A stretch of DNA of 57,377 nt from Cyanobacteriota bacterium. GTDB taxonomy: Bacteria > Cyanobacteriota > Cyanobacteriia > Cyanobacteriales > Nostocaceae. The notes under the pieces are model-generated. The model made no database searches and was not told where the DNA came from. It saw nothing but the letters and a program-made list of their open reading frames with translations. Position 1 is the first letter of the stretch; each line of letters opens with the position of its first letter. The position numbers and the translations under genes were made by a program. Shown piece by piece: positions 37,826-49,778 of this stretch. Where the stretch lies: contig JBJOKS010000029.1 of assembly GCA_046045965.1 (NCBI GenBank), positions 1 to 57,377 of the forward strand. Reading direction: 5' to 3'.

Positions 37826-39142
37826 ATGACTAATAAAAAACCGATTAGCATGATGAAACTCAGTTTGTGCATGATTGTTAAAAATGAAGAAGCTGCTTTA
37901 CCAAAGTGTTTGGGAAGTGTGCAGGATGTGGTAGATGAAATTGTAGTTCTTGATACGGGTTCAACTGATAAAACGCCAGATATCGCTCAACAATTCGGCG
38001 CTAAAGTACATTATTTTCAATGGTGTAATGATTTTAGTAAAGCTCGTAATGAAGCTTTAAAATATGTAACAGGCGATTGGGTTCTGGTGTTAGATGCTGA
38101 TGAAATTATCACACCAGAAATTATACCACAAATAAGAGAAGCAATTAATATAGATGATTATTTATTAATAAATCTTGTCCGTCAAGAAGTTGGTGCAACT
38201 CAATCTCCTTATTCTCTGGTTTCTCGATTATTTCGCAATCATCCAGAAATTCGTTTTGATCGCCCTTATCATGCTTTAGTTGATGATAGTATTGCAGCGA
38301 TTTTAAATAAGGAAAATTATTGGCAAGTTGGCTATTTACCAGGAGTTGCTATTCTTCATGCGGGATATCAAAAAGCTGTAATTAATCAGCAAAATAAATA
38401 TGCTAAAGCTGCAACTGCAATGGAGGAATTTTTTGCAGCTAATCCTGATGATGCTTATGTTTGCAGTAAATTAGGGGCTTTGTATGTGCAAATGGGGAAA
38501 ATTCAGGAGGGAATAGATTTATTAAATCGGGGTTTAAATCAGGTAGTTGGTAGTCGGGGGAAGTCTGAGAAAAAACCTTTGGGTTTCTTGAAAGATTCTC
38601 GATTAAAGAAGGGAATTAATTCTCTTAATCAAGATATTAAGGAAACCAATTATGATATTTTTTATGAATTAAATTATCATTTGGGGATTGCTCATACGCA
38701 GTTAAAAAATCTACCTCTAGCTATTTCTCATTATCAAGCGGCGGTGAAATTACCTATTTATCCCCTGTTGAAGTTGGGAGGATATAATAATTTGGGTAAT
38801 TTGTTGAAAGCTACAGGAGATTTACCAGGGGCGAAAATTGCTTATGAAACTGCTTTGAAAATAGATGATAGTTTTGTGACTGGTTATTATAATTTGGGGA
38901 TGGTTTGTAAATCAATGGGTTTGTTTGTTGAGGCTATTGATGCTTATAATTGTGCGATATTTTTAAATCCTGACTATGCGGATGCTTATCAAAATTTGGG
39001 GGTTGTATTGTTGAAGGTTGGTGATGTGGAAAATTCTTTGGCTGCTTTTCAATGTGCGATCGCTCTCCATGAAAAAGATAATCCTCAAGAGGCTAAAAGG
39101 TTACTTCAAGGTTTGCAGGAAATGGGATTAATTAAGTCATAG
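37826..39142 (+). CDS. GT2 glycosyltransferase with C-terminal TPR repeats
   Basis: LSLCMIVKNEE, DTGSTD, DFSKARN, LDADE, TPR units. Confidence 0.92.
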   Translation: MTNKKPISMMKLSLCMIVKNEEAALPKCLGSVQDVVDEIVVLDTGSTDKTPDIAQQFGAKVHYFQWCNDFSKARNEALKYVTGDWVLVLDADEIITPEIIPQIREAINIDDYLLINLVRQEVGATQSPYSLVSRLFRNHPEIRFDRPYHALVDDSIAAILNKENYWQVGYLPGVAILHAGYQKAVINQQNKYAKAATAMEEFFAANPDDAYVCSKLGALYVQMGKIQEGIDLLNRGLNQVVGSRGKSEKKPLGFLKDSRLKKGINSLNQDIKETNYDIFYELNYHLGIAHTQLKNLPLAISHYQAAVKLPIYPLLKLGGYNNLGNLLKATGDLPGAKIAYETALKIDDSFVTGYYNLGMVCKSMGLFVEAIDAYNCAIFLNPDYADAYQNLGVVLLKVGDVENSLAAFQCAIALHEKDNPQEAKRLLQGLQEMGLIKS

Positions 39143-39394
39143 GTGACAGTATGTAAAGAAGCAATATTTTGTAATAATGTTCAAAATTATGGCTTGTTTC
39201 TTATGTATAGCAAGCTTTCCGAGATTTTTTGGACTTGATGGGAGCATATTTTGCATATTAGGTACTGAAGAACCCTAATTTTTGACATTTTATAGGTGAC
39301 AGGGAGGTGGGGAGATGGGGAAGAAATATTAATTCTTTATTCTGAAATTCTTATTTCTCCTTGATCTCCTGACTCCTTGATCTCCTGACTCCTA

Positions 39395-40561
39395 TTAAAT
39401 TAGAGAACTGACAAACTTCTCTAACCTATCCATCCCCTTTTCTATCGTTGCCATGTCCGTAGCATAGGAAAGGCGGATGTTGTTATCAGCACCGAAAGCC
39501 ACACCGGGAATTACTGCAACTTGATGTGCTTCTAACAAAGCGTTACAAAATTCCAGAGACTTCAAACCAGTTTTACTGATATCAGGGAACAGGTAAAAAG
39601 CACCATCGGGTTTAGGACAACTCAACCCCGGAATAGCATTGAGTCTGTCATACATCACCTGACGACGTTTAGCGAAAGCTTGACGCATTTCCTCTACACA
39701 GTCTTGGGAACTTGACAAAGCCGCGATCGCCCCATATTGAGCAAAGGTACACACATTTGATGTGCTATGACCTTGAATGGTGCTGGCAGCTTTAATAATT
39801 TCCAATGGTCCTGCTAAATAACCTAAACGCCATCCTGTCATAGAATAACCTTTAGCAAAACCATTACTAATTAAAGTCCGGGAAAAAATCTCCGCACCTA
39901 AAGCACCGATGCTGATATGTTCTGCACCATCGTAGAGAATTTTCTCGTAAATCTCGTCAGAAACAACTAAAATATCTGCATCAACAATTACCTTAGCTAA
40001 AGCCTTAATTTCCTCTGGTGTGTACACCATCCCCGTGGGGTTAGAAGGGGAGTTAAGGACAAATAACTTAGTTTTTGGGGTAATGGCTTTTTTTAGCTGT
40101 TCTGGGGTGATTTTGTAGCCTGTGGAAGCATCTGTATTCACAATTACTGACTTCCCACCAGCCAACGTTACCATTTCGGGATAACTTAACCAATAAGGTG
40201 CGGGGATAATCACCTCATCACCGGGGTCAATCAGTGCCACAATCAAATTATAGAGAGAATGCTTACCGCCATTAGTAACTAAAACATTCTCGGCTTTATA
40301 ATCAAGACCATTATCCGTTTTTAGCTTGTTGGCGATCGCTTCCCTTAACTTCGGTTCACCTGCGGCCGGACCATACTTGGTTTTCCCTTCATCTAAAGCC
40401 TTCGCGGCTGCGGCTTTGATATGTGCTGGAGTATCAAAATCCGGTTCTCCCGCACTAAAACTACAAACATCAATACCCTCTGCTTTCATGGCCTTAGCTT
40501 TAGCTGCGATCGCTAAGGTTATGGAGGGTGTCACCTGACTTACTCTTGCTGCCAGCTTCAT
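39395..40561 (-). CDS. aspC: Class I PLP aminotransferase (aspartate aminotransferase)
   Basis: [31 protein letters not shown]. Confidence 0.9.
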   Translation of the reverse strand: MKLAARVSQVTPSITLAIAAKAKAMKAEGIDVCSFSAGEPDFDTPAHIKAAAAKALDEGKTKYGPAAGEPKLREAIANKLKTDNGLDYKAENVLVTNGGKHSLYNLIVALIDPGDEVIIPAPYWLSYPEMVTLAGGKSVIVNTDASTGYKITPEQLKKAITPKTKLFVLNSPSNPTGMVYTPEEIKALAKVIVDADILVVSDEIYEKILYDGAEHISIGALGAEIFSRTLISNGFAKGYSMTGWRLGYLAGPLEIIKAASTIQGHSTSNVCTFAQYGAIAALSSSQDCVEEMRQAFAKRRQVMYDRLNAIPGLSCPKPDGAFYLFPDISKTGLKSLEFCNALLEAHQVAVIPGVAFGADNNIRLSYATDMATIEKGMDRLEKFVSSLI

Positions 40562-40736
40562 TCTACTTCTTTAAGCCAATCTCTATCATATAATTTCAGC
40601 ATATCCCAGAATCTCAGTCGAGATTTGCCTTTTGCAAATTCCTGATCTTGAGTTTCACAATTTGAGGTTAGTGATACACAAGCGTAACATATTTTTGCTA
40701 TTAATCCAATAGACATATTTAAACTTTAAGTGTTCA

Positions 40737-40765
40737 GTACAGACATTTCGCAGAAATGTCTGTAC
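40737..40765. repeat. REP-like perfect hairpin
   Basis: GTACAGACATTTC-gca-GAAATGTCTGTAC. Confidence 0.65.
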
Positions 40766-41045
40766 AGCAGTAAAACTCTGTTGGTGCTATGTAATTTGTT
40801 GTAGCAAGTATGTTTGTGATCTAAGCAAGCAAATTAGCTACCAAGAGTACAAATATTGTTAGAATACGTCTGTCAAAAGTTAGATAAATATCGTTTCTGT
40901 AGTTAGAGACCAAAATATTGTGTTATGGATACTTTAAGTAAGGAAAAGAAAAGAGCAACACGTTATATCTATTTTTCTAGAATTTTCATGAGCAGAAAGA
41001 AAATTGAGACGTGTTTGTTTAAGTTGTTTAGAAATTTTAGTTATC

Positions 41046-43466
41046 ATGTCAGAATTACTACAAACATTACTTGACAGTGAAGAAAAACTTGATTTTCGTT
41101 CTTTCATGAGTAATTTACGCCAACAAGAAAAGAAGTATTGGTTAAGGAACGATATAATTCATGTCTATGGTGAGTATTGTGGTAAATACGAGAAATCGGA
41201 GCAGTTCTGCACTACCTCGAATTTAGGCAAACTAATTTACTATACACAGGAAATTATTCAAGAAGAGTCCAGCTTCTGTTTTATTATCCGCCCAAAGATT
41301 GCCAGTCAAGAAGTTTATCGGGTGACGGAAGAATTGGAAATCATCCCGATGACGGTACAGGAGTTGTTGGATCTGCGCGATCGCTTCGTGAACAAATTTC
41401 ATCCCCAAGATGGTGATTTATTAGAATTGGATTTTGGACCATTTTATGATTACTCCCCGACGATCCGCGATCCAAAAAACATTGGTAAAGGTGTACAATT
41501 CCTCAACCGTTATCTATCTAGCAAGATATTCCAAGATCCCAAACAATGGTTAGACAGCTTATTTAATTTTTTGCGTTTGCACCATTATAACGGTGTGCAA
41601 TTGTTAATAAATGAGCGCATTCAATCACAAATACAACTTTCTGTACAAGTTAAGAAAGCTATAGCATTCGTGAGCGATCACCCCAAAAATGAACCCTATG
41701 AACAATTCCGGTTTCAACTACAAATGATCGGTTTTGAACCAGGTTGGGGTAATACCGCTGAACGTGTGCGCGAAACTTTAAGCATTTTAGATGAACTAAT
41801 AGACTCTCCCGATCCACAAACTCTGGAAGGTTTCATTTCTCGTCTTCCCATTATTTTTAGAATTGTCTTAGTTTCTGCACATGGTTGGTTTGGACAAGAA
41901 GGAGTTTTAGGTCGTCCTGATACTGGAGGACAGGTAGTTTATGTTTTAGATCAAGCAAAAAGTTTAGAAAAGCAGTTGCAAGAAGATGCAATGTTAGCTG
42001 GTTTAGAAGGCTTAAATGTCCAACCAAAAGTAATTATTCTCACGCGCTTAATTCCCAATAGTGATGGTACACTTTGTAATCAGCGTTTAGAAAAAGTGCA
42101 TGGTTCAGAAAACGCTTGGATTTTGCGTGTACCCTTGCGGGAATTCAATCCCAACATGACTCAAAACTGGATTTCCCGATTTGAGTTTTGGCCTTATTTA
42201 GAAACCTTTGCCATTGACTCAGAAAGAGAAATTTTAGCAGAATTGCAAGGTAGACCCGACTTAATTGTGGGTAACTATTCTGATGGTAACTTAGTCGCAT
42301 TTTTACTAGCGCGAAGAATGAAAGTTACTCAATGTAATATTGCCCATGCGTTGGAAAAATCTAAATACTTGTTTAGTAATCTCTATTGGCAAGATTTGGA
42401 TGATAAATATCATTTTTCCTTGCAATTTACAGCGGATTTAATTGCCATGAATGCGGCTAACTTTGTTGTTAGCAGCACATATCAAGAAATCATTGGTACA
42501 AGTGATAGTGTGGGACAATATGAATCTTATAAATGTTTTACCATGCCAGACTTATATCATGTAGTAAATGGCATGGAATTATTTAGTCCCAAGTTTAATG
42601 TTGTTCCACCAGGGGTAAATGAACATTACTATTTTCCCTACACACAGACGCAAGACAGAGTAGAAAGTGATAGTTTGCGTTTGGAAGAAATGCTCTTTAC
42701 CTTGGAAGATCCCGCCCATATATTTGGTAAACTGGAAGATCCCAGCAAGCGATCGCTATTTTCTATGGCACGTCTTGACCGAATTAAAAATTTAACTGGG
42801 TTAGCAGAATGCTTTGGTAAAAGCAAAGAACTACAAGAGCATTGCAATTTAATTTTAGTAGCTGGTAAATTGCGTGTAGAAGAATCAGATGATAACGAAG
42901 AACGAGATGAAATTGTCAGACTCTATCACATAATTGATGAATATAATCTGCACGGCAAAATACGCTGGTTAGGTGTGCGCTTAACCAAAAGTGATTCTGG
43001 AGAAATTTACCGTGTCATTGCTGAACGTCAAGGAATATTTGTGCAACCAGCTTTATTTGAAGCCTTTGGTTTGACAATTTTAGAAGCGATGATTTCAGGA
43101 TTACCAACTTTCGCGACTCAGTTTGGTGGACCACAGGAAATTATTCAGGATCAGGTGAATGGTTTTTACATTAACCCGACAAATTTAGAAGAAACAGGCG
43201 ACAAAATTCTGGAATTTGTGACTGGGTGTGAACATAATCCTGATTATTGGGCTGAAATTTCCCAGCAAGCAATAAACAGAGTTTACAGTACCTATACTTG
43301 GAAAATTCACACTACCAAGCTGCTATCTTTAGCAAGGATTTATGGTTTCTGGAACTTCACCTCCAAAGAAAACCGAGAAGATTTATTGCGCTATTTAGAG
43401 GCTTTGTTTTATCTCATTTACAAACCCAGAGCGCAGCAACTATTAGAACAACATAAGTATCGCTAA
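41046..43466 (+). CDS. susA: Sucrose synthase
   Basis: DTGGQVVYVLDQ, IAHALEKSKY, MARLDRIKN, EAFGLT. ATG 41046 gives 806 aa. Confidence 0.95.
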   Translation: MSELLQTLLDSEEKLDFRSFMSNLRQQEKKYWLRNDIIHVYGEYCGKYEKSEQFCTTSNLGKLIYYTQEIIQEESSFCFIIRPKIASQEVYRVTEELEIIPMTVQELLDLRDRFVNKFHPQDGDLLELDFGPFYDYSPTIRDPKNIGKGVQFLNRYLSSKIFQDPKQWLDSLFNFLRLHHYNGVQLLINERIQSQIQLSVQVKKAIAFVSDHPKNEPYEQFRFQLQMIGFEPGWGNTAERVRETLSILDELIDSPDPQTLEGFISRLPIIFRIVLVSAHGWFGQEGVLGRPDTGGQVVYVLDQAKSLEKQLQEDAMLAGLEGLNVQPKVIILTRLIPNSDGTLCNQRLEKVHGSENAWILRVPLREFNPNMTQNWISRFEFWPYLETFAIDSEREILAELQGRPDLIVGNYSDGNLVAFLLARRMKVTQCNIAHALEKSKYLFSNLYWQDLDDKYHFSLQFTADLIAMNAANFVVSSTYQEIIGTSDSVGQYESYKCFTMPDLYHVVNGMELFSPKFNVVPPGVNEHYYFPYTQTQDRVESDSLRLEEMLFTLEDPAHIFGKLEDPSKRSLFSMARLDRIKNLTGLAECFGKSKELQEHCNLILVAGKLRVEESDDNEERDEIVRLYHIIDEYNLHGKIRWLGVRLTKSDSGEIYRVIAERQGIFVQPALFEAFGLTILEAMISGLPTFATQFGGPQEIIQDQVNGFYINPTNLEETGDKILEFVTGCEHNPDYWAEISQQAINRVYSTYTWKIHTTKLLSLARIYGFWNFTSKENREDLLRYLEALFYLIYKPRAQQLLEQHKYR

Positions 43467-43555
43467 GGTGACTCTTTACTGGGGACTCTTTACTGGGGAC
43501 TGGGAAGAAATATCTACCTCCTGACTCCTGACTTCTGACTTCTGACTCCTGACAC

Positions 43556-44110
43556 CTAAATAGACAACTCCCACCAAGTTTTTTGGCCAACAATACCGTC
43601 TACGAATAAACCACGCTGATTTTGAAAAGCTTTGATAGCAGCTTCGGTAAGGGGTCCAAATATGCCATCGACTCGAATACCATAGCCGTTAGACACCAAT
43701 AACCGCTGCATAATTCTTACAGACATACCTGATGTACCAAAACGTAGAGTTGGCATAGTTTGCCTATTATATGCTGGATATCGTGCTAATAGCTGCTCTT
43801 TTGTCGGGATATCCTGAGCATCAGCCAATTCAAAAGATATTGAGGACAGGTGTTTTTGTCGAATTTGTTTTAATATCTGCTCCCGCTTATTTGCCAGTGC
43901 TGAGATTTGAGGTTTTTCCCTTGCATCTGCTGTCATGAATTCAGGTGGAGTGATTTGGGAAGTAGAGGTTAACTGAGATAACTGACTATTTGTTGACTTC
44001 TGCACCCCATTTTCGATTTTAAATGGTTGTTGCTCCGGCAAATGGGGCAAATTTGGTTGTGTGGTGCTTATGCTTAACACGCCCGTCATTAGCAGGCCAA
44101 TTTCAGTCAT
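43556..44110 (-). CDS. Peptidoglycan-binding domain protein
   Basis: C-terminal PG_binding_1: VDGIFGPLTEAAIKAFQ...VDGIVGQKTW. Confidence 0.88.
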   Translation of the reverse strand: MTEIGLLMTGVLSISTTQPNLPHLPEQQPFKIENGVQKSTNSQLSQLTSTSQITPPEFMTADAREKPQISALANKREQILKQIRQKHLSSISFELADAQDIPTKEQLLARYPAYNRQTMPTLRFGTSGMSVRIMQRLLVSNGYGIRVDGIFGPLTEAAIKAFQNQRGLFVDGIVGQKTWWELSI

Positions 44111-44532
44111 TTTAGTTCATCTCATATTTTGTAACTATAAGGATAAACCAGGAGTAGAAAAACAAATAGTGTAAAACTATGACTCTCGATAAAGATTTTT
44201 TTTATGTGCAGTACCGTAATTTATTTGACATTTTATCCAGTATAATGACGTATAGAGATAGAGCTTTAGTTGATGATAGCAAGCGGCAATTCTATCTAGG
44301 GGTTATGTATTGCGTTTTATAACGGTAAGATTCATCTGAGTATTTTAAATACTTATGTTTTATATATTACTAAAATTTATATGAATTTTTCTTTCTTACT
44401 GAGTCAAGGTTTTAACATTTATTCAACAACCAAGAGAGGAGTTGTTTGTCTATATTAGCAAAAATCATTAATTTTAGCTGACTGTCTTTGCCCAAAGCGA
44501 TCGCCTTGCACCTTGGGCAAATGCTAGAATAA

Positions 44533-45645
44533 CTAACCCATACCGTTAGTAACAGGATGGAAATAGAAAGCGAAACCCAAAACCGTATAGGCAGCTAAAA
44601 GCAAAGTTCCTTCTAACCAATTAGACTTACCATCAGAACTAATGCTATTAGCAATTAACACTGATACTGCTACTGCTACCAATTCAAAAGGATTGAAATC
44701 TAAATCCATAGGCTGATTCAATATCCGCCCAGCAATGACTAAGACAGGGGCGACAAATAGGGCAATCTGCATACTTGATCCCACAGCCACAGACAAAGAA
44801 AGATCCATCTTATCTTTCATAGCCACAGTCACCGCTGTAGCGTGTTCTGCGGCGTTACCGACTATAGGCAGTAAAATTACCCCTGTAAATAGTGCCGTCA
44901 AACCCAGTTTAGATGTGGCTACTTCCAAAGTCTCAACCAGCAATTCTGACTCCAAGGCCACCATTAAGGTACATACTAAAAGTACACCAGTCCAAAGCCA
45001 AACATTTGGTTTTTCTTCTGCGGCGATTTCCTCTATTTTTGTATCTGTTTCTGTCTCTATCTCTGCTACACCCACATCATATAAATAGGCATGAGTTTTC
45101 ATAGAAAATAACAGTGTGAGGCCGTAAACCAGAATTAAAACCACAGAAACAGCAAGGGAGAGATTTTGTAATGTTCTCTCACTAATACCAATAGAGGTAT
45201 AGTTCATGGCAGTTGGTAACAAAATCGCAATTACTGCCAAGTTCATTGATGAAGCATTTACCCGCGCCACAACTGATTGGAAAGTTTGCTCCTTGTAACG
45301 TAATCCACCCAACAACATGGAAAGACCCATTACTAATAATAAGTTGCCAATAATTGATCCAGTAATACTGGCTTTGACAACATCTATTAACCCAGCATTG
45401 AGGGCGACTAAAGCAATAATTAGCTCTGTTGCGTTACCAAAGGTGGCATTTAACAACCCTCCTAATGAGGGACCGACTACTACAGCAATTTCTTCTGTAG
45501 CTGTACCCATCCAAGCAGCGAGGGGAAGAATTGCTAACCCAGCGGTGATGAAAACTACCAATTCTCCCCACTCCAAAAAGTGTGCTGCTAGGGAGATGGG
45601 GATAAAAACTAACAAGCCGAGAAAAATGATGTTTTTAGTTGACAT
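44533..45645 (-). CDS. cax: Calcium/proton exchanger
   Basis: NATFGNATE and GNAAEH alpha-repeats. Start taken at MSTKNII. Confidence 0.93.
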   Translation of the reverse strand: MSTKNIIFLGLLVFIPISLAAHFLEWGELVVFITAGLAILPLAAWMGTATEEIAVVVGPSLGGLLNATFGNATELIIALVALNAGLIDVVKASITGSIIGNLLLVMGLSMLLGGLRYKEQTFQSVVARVNASSMNLAVIAILLPTAMNYTSIGISERTLQNLSLAVSVVLILVYGLTLLFSMKTHAYLYDVGVAEIETETDTKIEEIAAEEKPNVWLWTGVLLVCTLMVALESELLVETLEVATSKLGLTALFTGVILLPIVGNAAEHATAVTVAMKDKMDLSLSVAVGSSMQIALFVAPVLVIAGRILNQPMDLDFNPFELVAVAVSVLIANSISSDGKSNWLEGTLLLAAYTVLGFAFYFHPVTNGMG

Positions 45646-46167
45646 TTGTGATCTCGAATTTGGGAATAAGTTACAGATGCCTATGCACAAGTAAACGACT
45701 GTCACCAAGATACACGATACTTTCCACTGAACAACAAGATACCCAACTTCTGAGTGGATGCTGTCAGGCTTGCACAAATTCCACTGTTTCCATAATGGCC
45801 GCAGATATATAAAATAAGATTGCGATTTAATTCAATATTGCAATATTTTGTTGCAAAACTATGACTATTAGCCTGGGTTTAATCACAAAAATGGGTTTTA
45901 ATGGATTAAAAGAGCATTAATTTTATTGGCTGATGAGCGTTGCCAGTGATACAATCCCCAATAGGAGATTATTTTTTGTGCCTTGGGGGAAAAGGTTGCG
46001 CGATAATGCAGATTTATTCCCAGAGAATGACCATTTTTGCCAAAATTCCTATTCGGCTTTATTTCCCAGCTATTGTTTAGAGCGGATTTGGCAATAAAAC
46101 GACTGTAAAAAGATACATAGCAAAATACTTTCGCCACAACAGAAATTTTACTTTGGATAAAAATATC

Positions 46168-48867
46168 ATGACTTCTGCTGCTGAATTGCCAGTAAGCTCT
46201 GGCTCAACATTGAAATTAGAACAAGATTCCCAACACCTTACTGATCATGATCCCCTGAAAAAATCCCAGGGTGTATACGTGACGGTGCATGGTCATTTTT
46301 ACCAACCACCCAGAGAAAATCCTTATTTAGATGCGATTGAACGCCAACCGAGTGCTGCACCTTTCCATGATTGGAATGAACGCATTCATTGGGAATGCTA
46401 TCGCCCCAACGCCTTTGCTAGAGTGCTAAATGACAAAAGTGAATTGGTGGGGATCGTCAATAATTATGAGTACATGAGCTTTAATATTGGTCCGACTTTG
46501 ATGTCGTGGTTAGAACGCTACGACATGGAAGTTTATCAGCGAATTTTAGAAGCTGATGCTAAGAGTAGTCACAGGCTGCATGGTCATGGAAATGCGATCG
46601 CTCAAGTATATAATCACATCATCATGCCTCTGGCCAATGAACGGGATAAACATACTCAAATTCGTTGGGGTAAAGAAGACTTCAAATCTAGATTTGGTCG
46701 TGATCCCGAAGGTATTTGGTTAGCAGAAACGGCGGTTGATTATCCTACTTTAGAAGCTTTAATATCAGAGGGCATTCGTTTTATTGTTCTGGCTCCATCC
46801 CAAGCACAACGCTGTCGTCCTTTCCCAACTGAACATGATCCCCTCCCTACATGGCATGAAGTAGGTGGTAGTCAGATTGATCCTACCCGTCCTTATCGTT
46901 GTTATTTAAAACCAACTGTTAGCACTACATCTTCACCTTTGAGTGTCACGAAAACAACTCCCCTAGAAAGTACGGAAGGTTTACCCTATATTGATATCTT
47001 TTTCTACGATGGACCGATTTCACGTGACATGGGTTTTAGTGATGTAGTTTATAATTCTCACCACTTTGCTGGCCGTGTGGGTGCAGCAGTGCGCGGGGAT
47101 CATCGTCCCGCACAGTTGATATCTGTAGCTACTGATGGGGAAACCTTTGGACATCACAAAAAGGGAACTGAGAAAACTTTAGCCTATGCCTTTATTGGTG
47201 AGTTTCCGCGTCACGGTTGGACAGTCACTAATTTTGCTCACTACCTGAGTTTAAATTCTCCTACGTGGGAAGTGGAATTAAAATCTGTCACTGCTTGGAG
47301 TTGCGCTCATGGTGTAGATAGATGGCAAGATGATTGTGGTTGTGGTGGTGAAGGGGGTGTATGGCATCAAAAATGGCGGCGGCCGTTGCGGAATGCTTTG
47401 AATTGGTTGCGGGATGAGTTAATTGAGGTGTATGAGGAATATGGGGGAAAATTATTTCGTGATCCCTGGTTAGCAAGGGATGAATATATTCAGATTTTAC
47501 GCGATCGCTCTGCTGCTAATGTCAGTCGTTTTCTCTCCCGTCATCAAAACCACAAACTTACCGCTGTAGAACAAGTAGATGCTTTGCGTTTGTTGGAAAT
47601 GCAGCGTCACGCTTTGTTTATGTTCACTAGTTGCGGTTGGTTTTTTGAAGAAATATCCAGACCAGAGGGTACGCAAATTCTCCGTTATGCGGCTCGTGCT
47701 TTAGAATTAGCAGGGGATGTGGCGGGTGTGCAGTTGGAAAAAGGCTTCCTTAAACGTTTGGGTTTAGCTCCTAGCAATGTTGAACATTTTAAACATGGTG
47801 CTGAAATATATCGTCAATTGGTACTAACTGCCCAAATCGGATTTAAACAAGTTGCCTCCCATTACGCGATTACTTCCTTATTTAACAATCACAACAATAC
47901 CCTCTCCTCACAGAATAAGTCTCAAAATCTCCATAATTCCCAAAAGCGCGTTTATTGCTACACAGCCAATGAGTTAGATTACCAACTGCAACGCATGGGT
48001 GCTTTAACTATGGCGGTAGGACACTTGAAATTAGTGTCAGAAATTACTTGGGAAAGTGAAGACTTGGTGTTTGCGGTTTTGCATCTGGGAGGTTGGGATT
48101 TTCATTGCTGCATTCAACAGTTTACGGGAAGGCGTGATTATAGTCACTTGAAAGAAAAGCTATTTGCATCGCTACAACAAGCAAGTGCGGCTCACGCTAT
48201 TTTGGTGATGACGCAGATTTTTGGGGATGAAGCCTTTAATTTGCAAAATTTATTTGCAGAAGAACGCCACCGAATTATGCGCTTGTTAAGTCAGGAAACA
48301 CTGACACGATTAGACCAACTCTATACCCAGACATATCGGGAAAATTACGGTGTGATTATGGCGTTTCATCGGGATGAGTTAGAGGTTCCCCAGGAATTGC
48401 AGGTAGCGGCTGAGATTGCGTTAGGTTATCGCTGTATGATGACATTGCGTAGCCTAGAACAAGATATTACAGACACCCAATTAAGTTGGAATCACATCTT
48501 AGAATTAGAAGCGATCGCTACTGAAGCCAAACATCTGCGCTGTCGGTTAAATATACCTGAAGGCAAACAGATATTAGAACAGTTAATTGTGCGATTGTTG
48601 TGGCAATTATTACACGATGCTAACGGTTCTTTTAGTACAGATATCCAAAGGTTAGAAAAGTTGGTTGATGTGGGGTATCAGCTAAATCTGGGTATTTCCT
48701 TGGAAAAATCCCAAGAACTCTACTTTAGCTGTTTGCATGGTCAGATAGTTCCCCTGTGTCTGACCAACTTGAACAACCCAGCAGAAGCTACTCAGTGTAG
48801 TCAGTTGCTGAAGCTAGGGCAAAAATTAGCCGTTGATGTCAGCATGATTGCAAATAAATTGGCTTAA
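46168..48867 (+). CDS. GH57-like glycoside hydrolase with DUF3536
   Basis: HGHFYQPPRE, WLAETAVD, TDGETFGHH, WSCAHGV, MFTSCGWFF. Confidence 0.9.
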   Translation: MTSAAELPVSSGSTLKLEQDSQHLTDHDPLKKSQGVYVTVHGHFYQPPRENPYLDAIERQPSAAPFHDWNERIHWECYRPNAFARVLNDKSELVGIVNNYEYMSFNIGPTLMSWLERYDMEVYQRILEADAKSSHRLHGHGNAIAQVYNHIIMPLANERDKHTQIRWGKEDFKSRFGRDPEGIWLAETAVDYPTLEALISEGIRFIVLAPSQAQRCRPFPTEHDPLPTWHEVGGSQIDPTRPYRCYLKPTVSTTSSPLSVTKTTPLESTEGLPYIDIFFYDGPISRDMGFSDVVYNSHHFAGRVGAAVRGDHRPAQLISVATDGETFGHHKKGTEKTLAYAFIGEFPRHGWTVTNFAHYLSLNSPTWEVELKSVTAWSCAHGVDRWQDDCGCGGEGGVWHQKWRRPLRNALNWLRDELIEVYEEYGGKLFRDPWLARDEYIQILRDRSAANVSRFLSRHQNHKLTAVEQVDALRLLEMQRHALFMFTSCGWFFEEISRPEGTQILRYAARALELAGDVAGVQLEKGFLKRLGLAPSNVEHFKHGAEIYRQLVLTAQIGFKQVASHYAITSLFNNHNNTLSSQNKSQNLHNSQKRVYCYTANELDYQLQRMGALTMAVGHLKLVSEITWESEDLVFAVLHLGGWDFHCCIQQFTGRRDYSHLKEKLFASLQQASAAHAILVMTQIFGDEAFNLQNLFAEERHRIMRLLSQETLTRLDQLYTQTYRENYGVIMAFHRDELEVPQELQVAAEIALGYRCMMTLRSLEQDITDTQLSWNHILELEAIATEAKHLRCRLNIPEGKQILEQLIVRLLWQLLHDANGSFSTDIQRLEKLVDVGYQLNLGISLEKSQELYFSCLHGQIVPLCLTNLNNPAEATQCSQLLKLGQKLAVDVSMIANKLA

Positions 48868-48986
48868 AAGTAGCACCTATTTGCAGGGCTGGGAATCTCA
48901 CAACAAAATACAATAGCCCGAAATTCCCATCCCTTCAAACATTCCCACATAAGTAGTCGTGCAAAATAAATTTTATATTTTGGAGA

Positions 48987-49053
48987 GGGAACAGGGAACA
49001 GGGAACAGGGAACAGGGAACAGGGAACAGGGAACAGGGAACAGGTAACAGGTA
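48987..49053. repeat. STRR array (AGGGAAC)n
   Basis: Tandem heptamers read directly. Confidence 0.85.
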
Positions 49054-49114
49054 AGGAATACAGAGATTTTTGTTTGTTCCAAAAATGTTAAATTAATTTT
49101 GCTCAGGTACTTAT

Positions 49115-49612
49115 CTAAGGTTTATTACGCGCACCTGATTTAGAGACAGATTCATTTTGTAAGCGTAGTAACGTATTATATATTTGTCGTTTTAACGCAT
49201 CGTTATTTTGAACCTCGACAGTGATTTGATTAAAACGTTCAATGGTCAAATTATTTGCTGCTACTATTGTTTGAGAATCGTTACAATAATTGACAGCTAT
49301 CTCCCTGGCCTTGTTTGGCAGAGAATTCATACTGCTGGGATCATTACAAACAATTTTGGGAATTTCTTTCCCACCAATCAGTTTTTTAATTTCCTCAAAA
49401 GCTTGTTGACGCTTTGGTTCCATTTTTAATACAGATTGGGCATAGTTAATAACTTCTGTATTGTTAACTGTTACGGGTTGAGCATTAGCTTTGGGACTTA
49501 ACCCCAAAGTACCGAAAATTAAACTCGCAGCGGTGAGAGTTGCAAACACCAAAGACTCAGACAGCTTATGCTTAATTGAAGTTTGCAAAATCATAAAATA
49601 ATTTTCCTGCAT
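49115..49612 (-). CDS. DUF4168-like exported protein
   Basis: Signal peptide, YAQSVLKMEPKRQ, NLTIERFNQI. Confidence 0.75.
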   Translation of the reverse strand: MQENYFMILQTSIKHKLSESLVFATLTAASLIFGTLGLSPKANAQPVTVNNTEVINYAQSVLKMEPKRQQAFEEIKKLIGGKEIPKIVCNDPSSMNSLPNKAREIAVNYCNDSQTIVAANNLTIERFNQITVEVQNNDALKRQIYNTLLRLQNESVSKSGARNKP

Positions 49613-49778
49613 AAGATAGATGACACAGAATAATAGTAGAGATATGATAGTGGATTTGAATTATTTTAGGAATCAGAAGTTCCAGTAAAATCTGAATTTA
49701 CTAAATCTTTATACAGACTGGAGACTGGGGTGATGGGAAAAAAATTCTTTACCTGTTCCCTGTTGCCTTCTTTCCCAA

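Noticed and set aside
40562..41045. NtcA site upstream of susA
   Set aside because: No exact GTA-N8-TAC found by eye.
45646..45777. Extended N-terminus of Cax from the ORF track (similarly susA 41004 and cobQ 30378)
   Set aside because: Downstream ATGs give family-typical N-termini.
21873..49082. ORFs 21873-22067, 35813-36025, 37082-37276 and 48864-49082
   Set aside because: They are translations of STRR heptamers (FPVPCSL, SPVTSHQ), not credible proteins.
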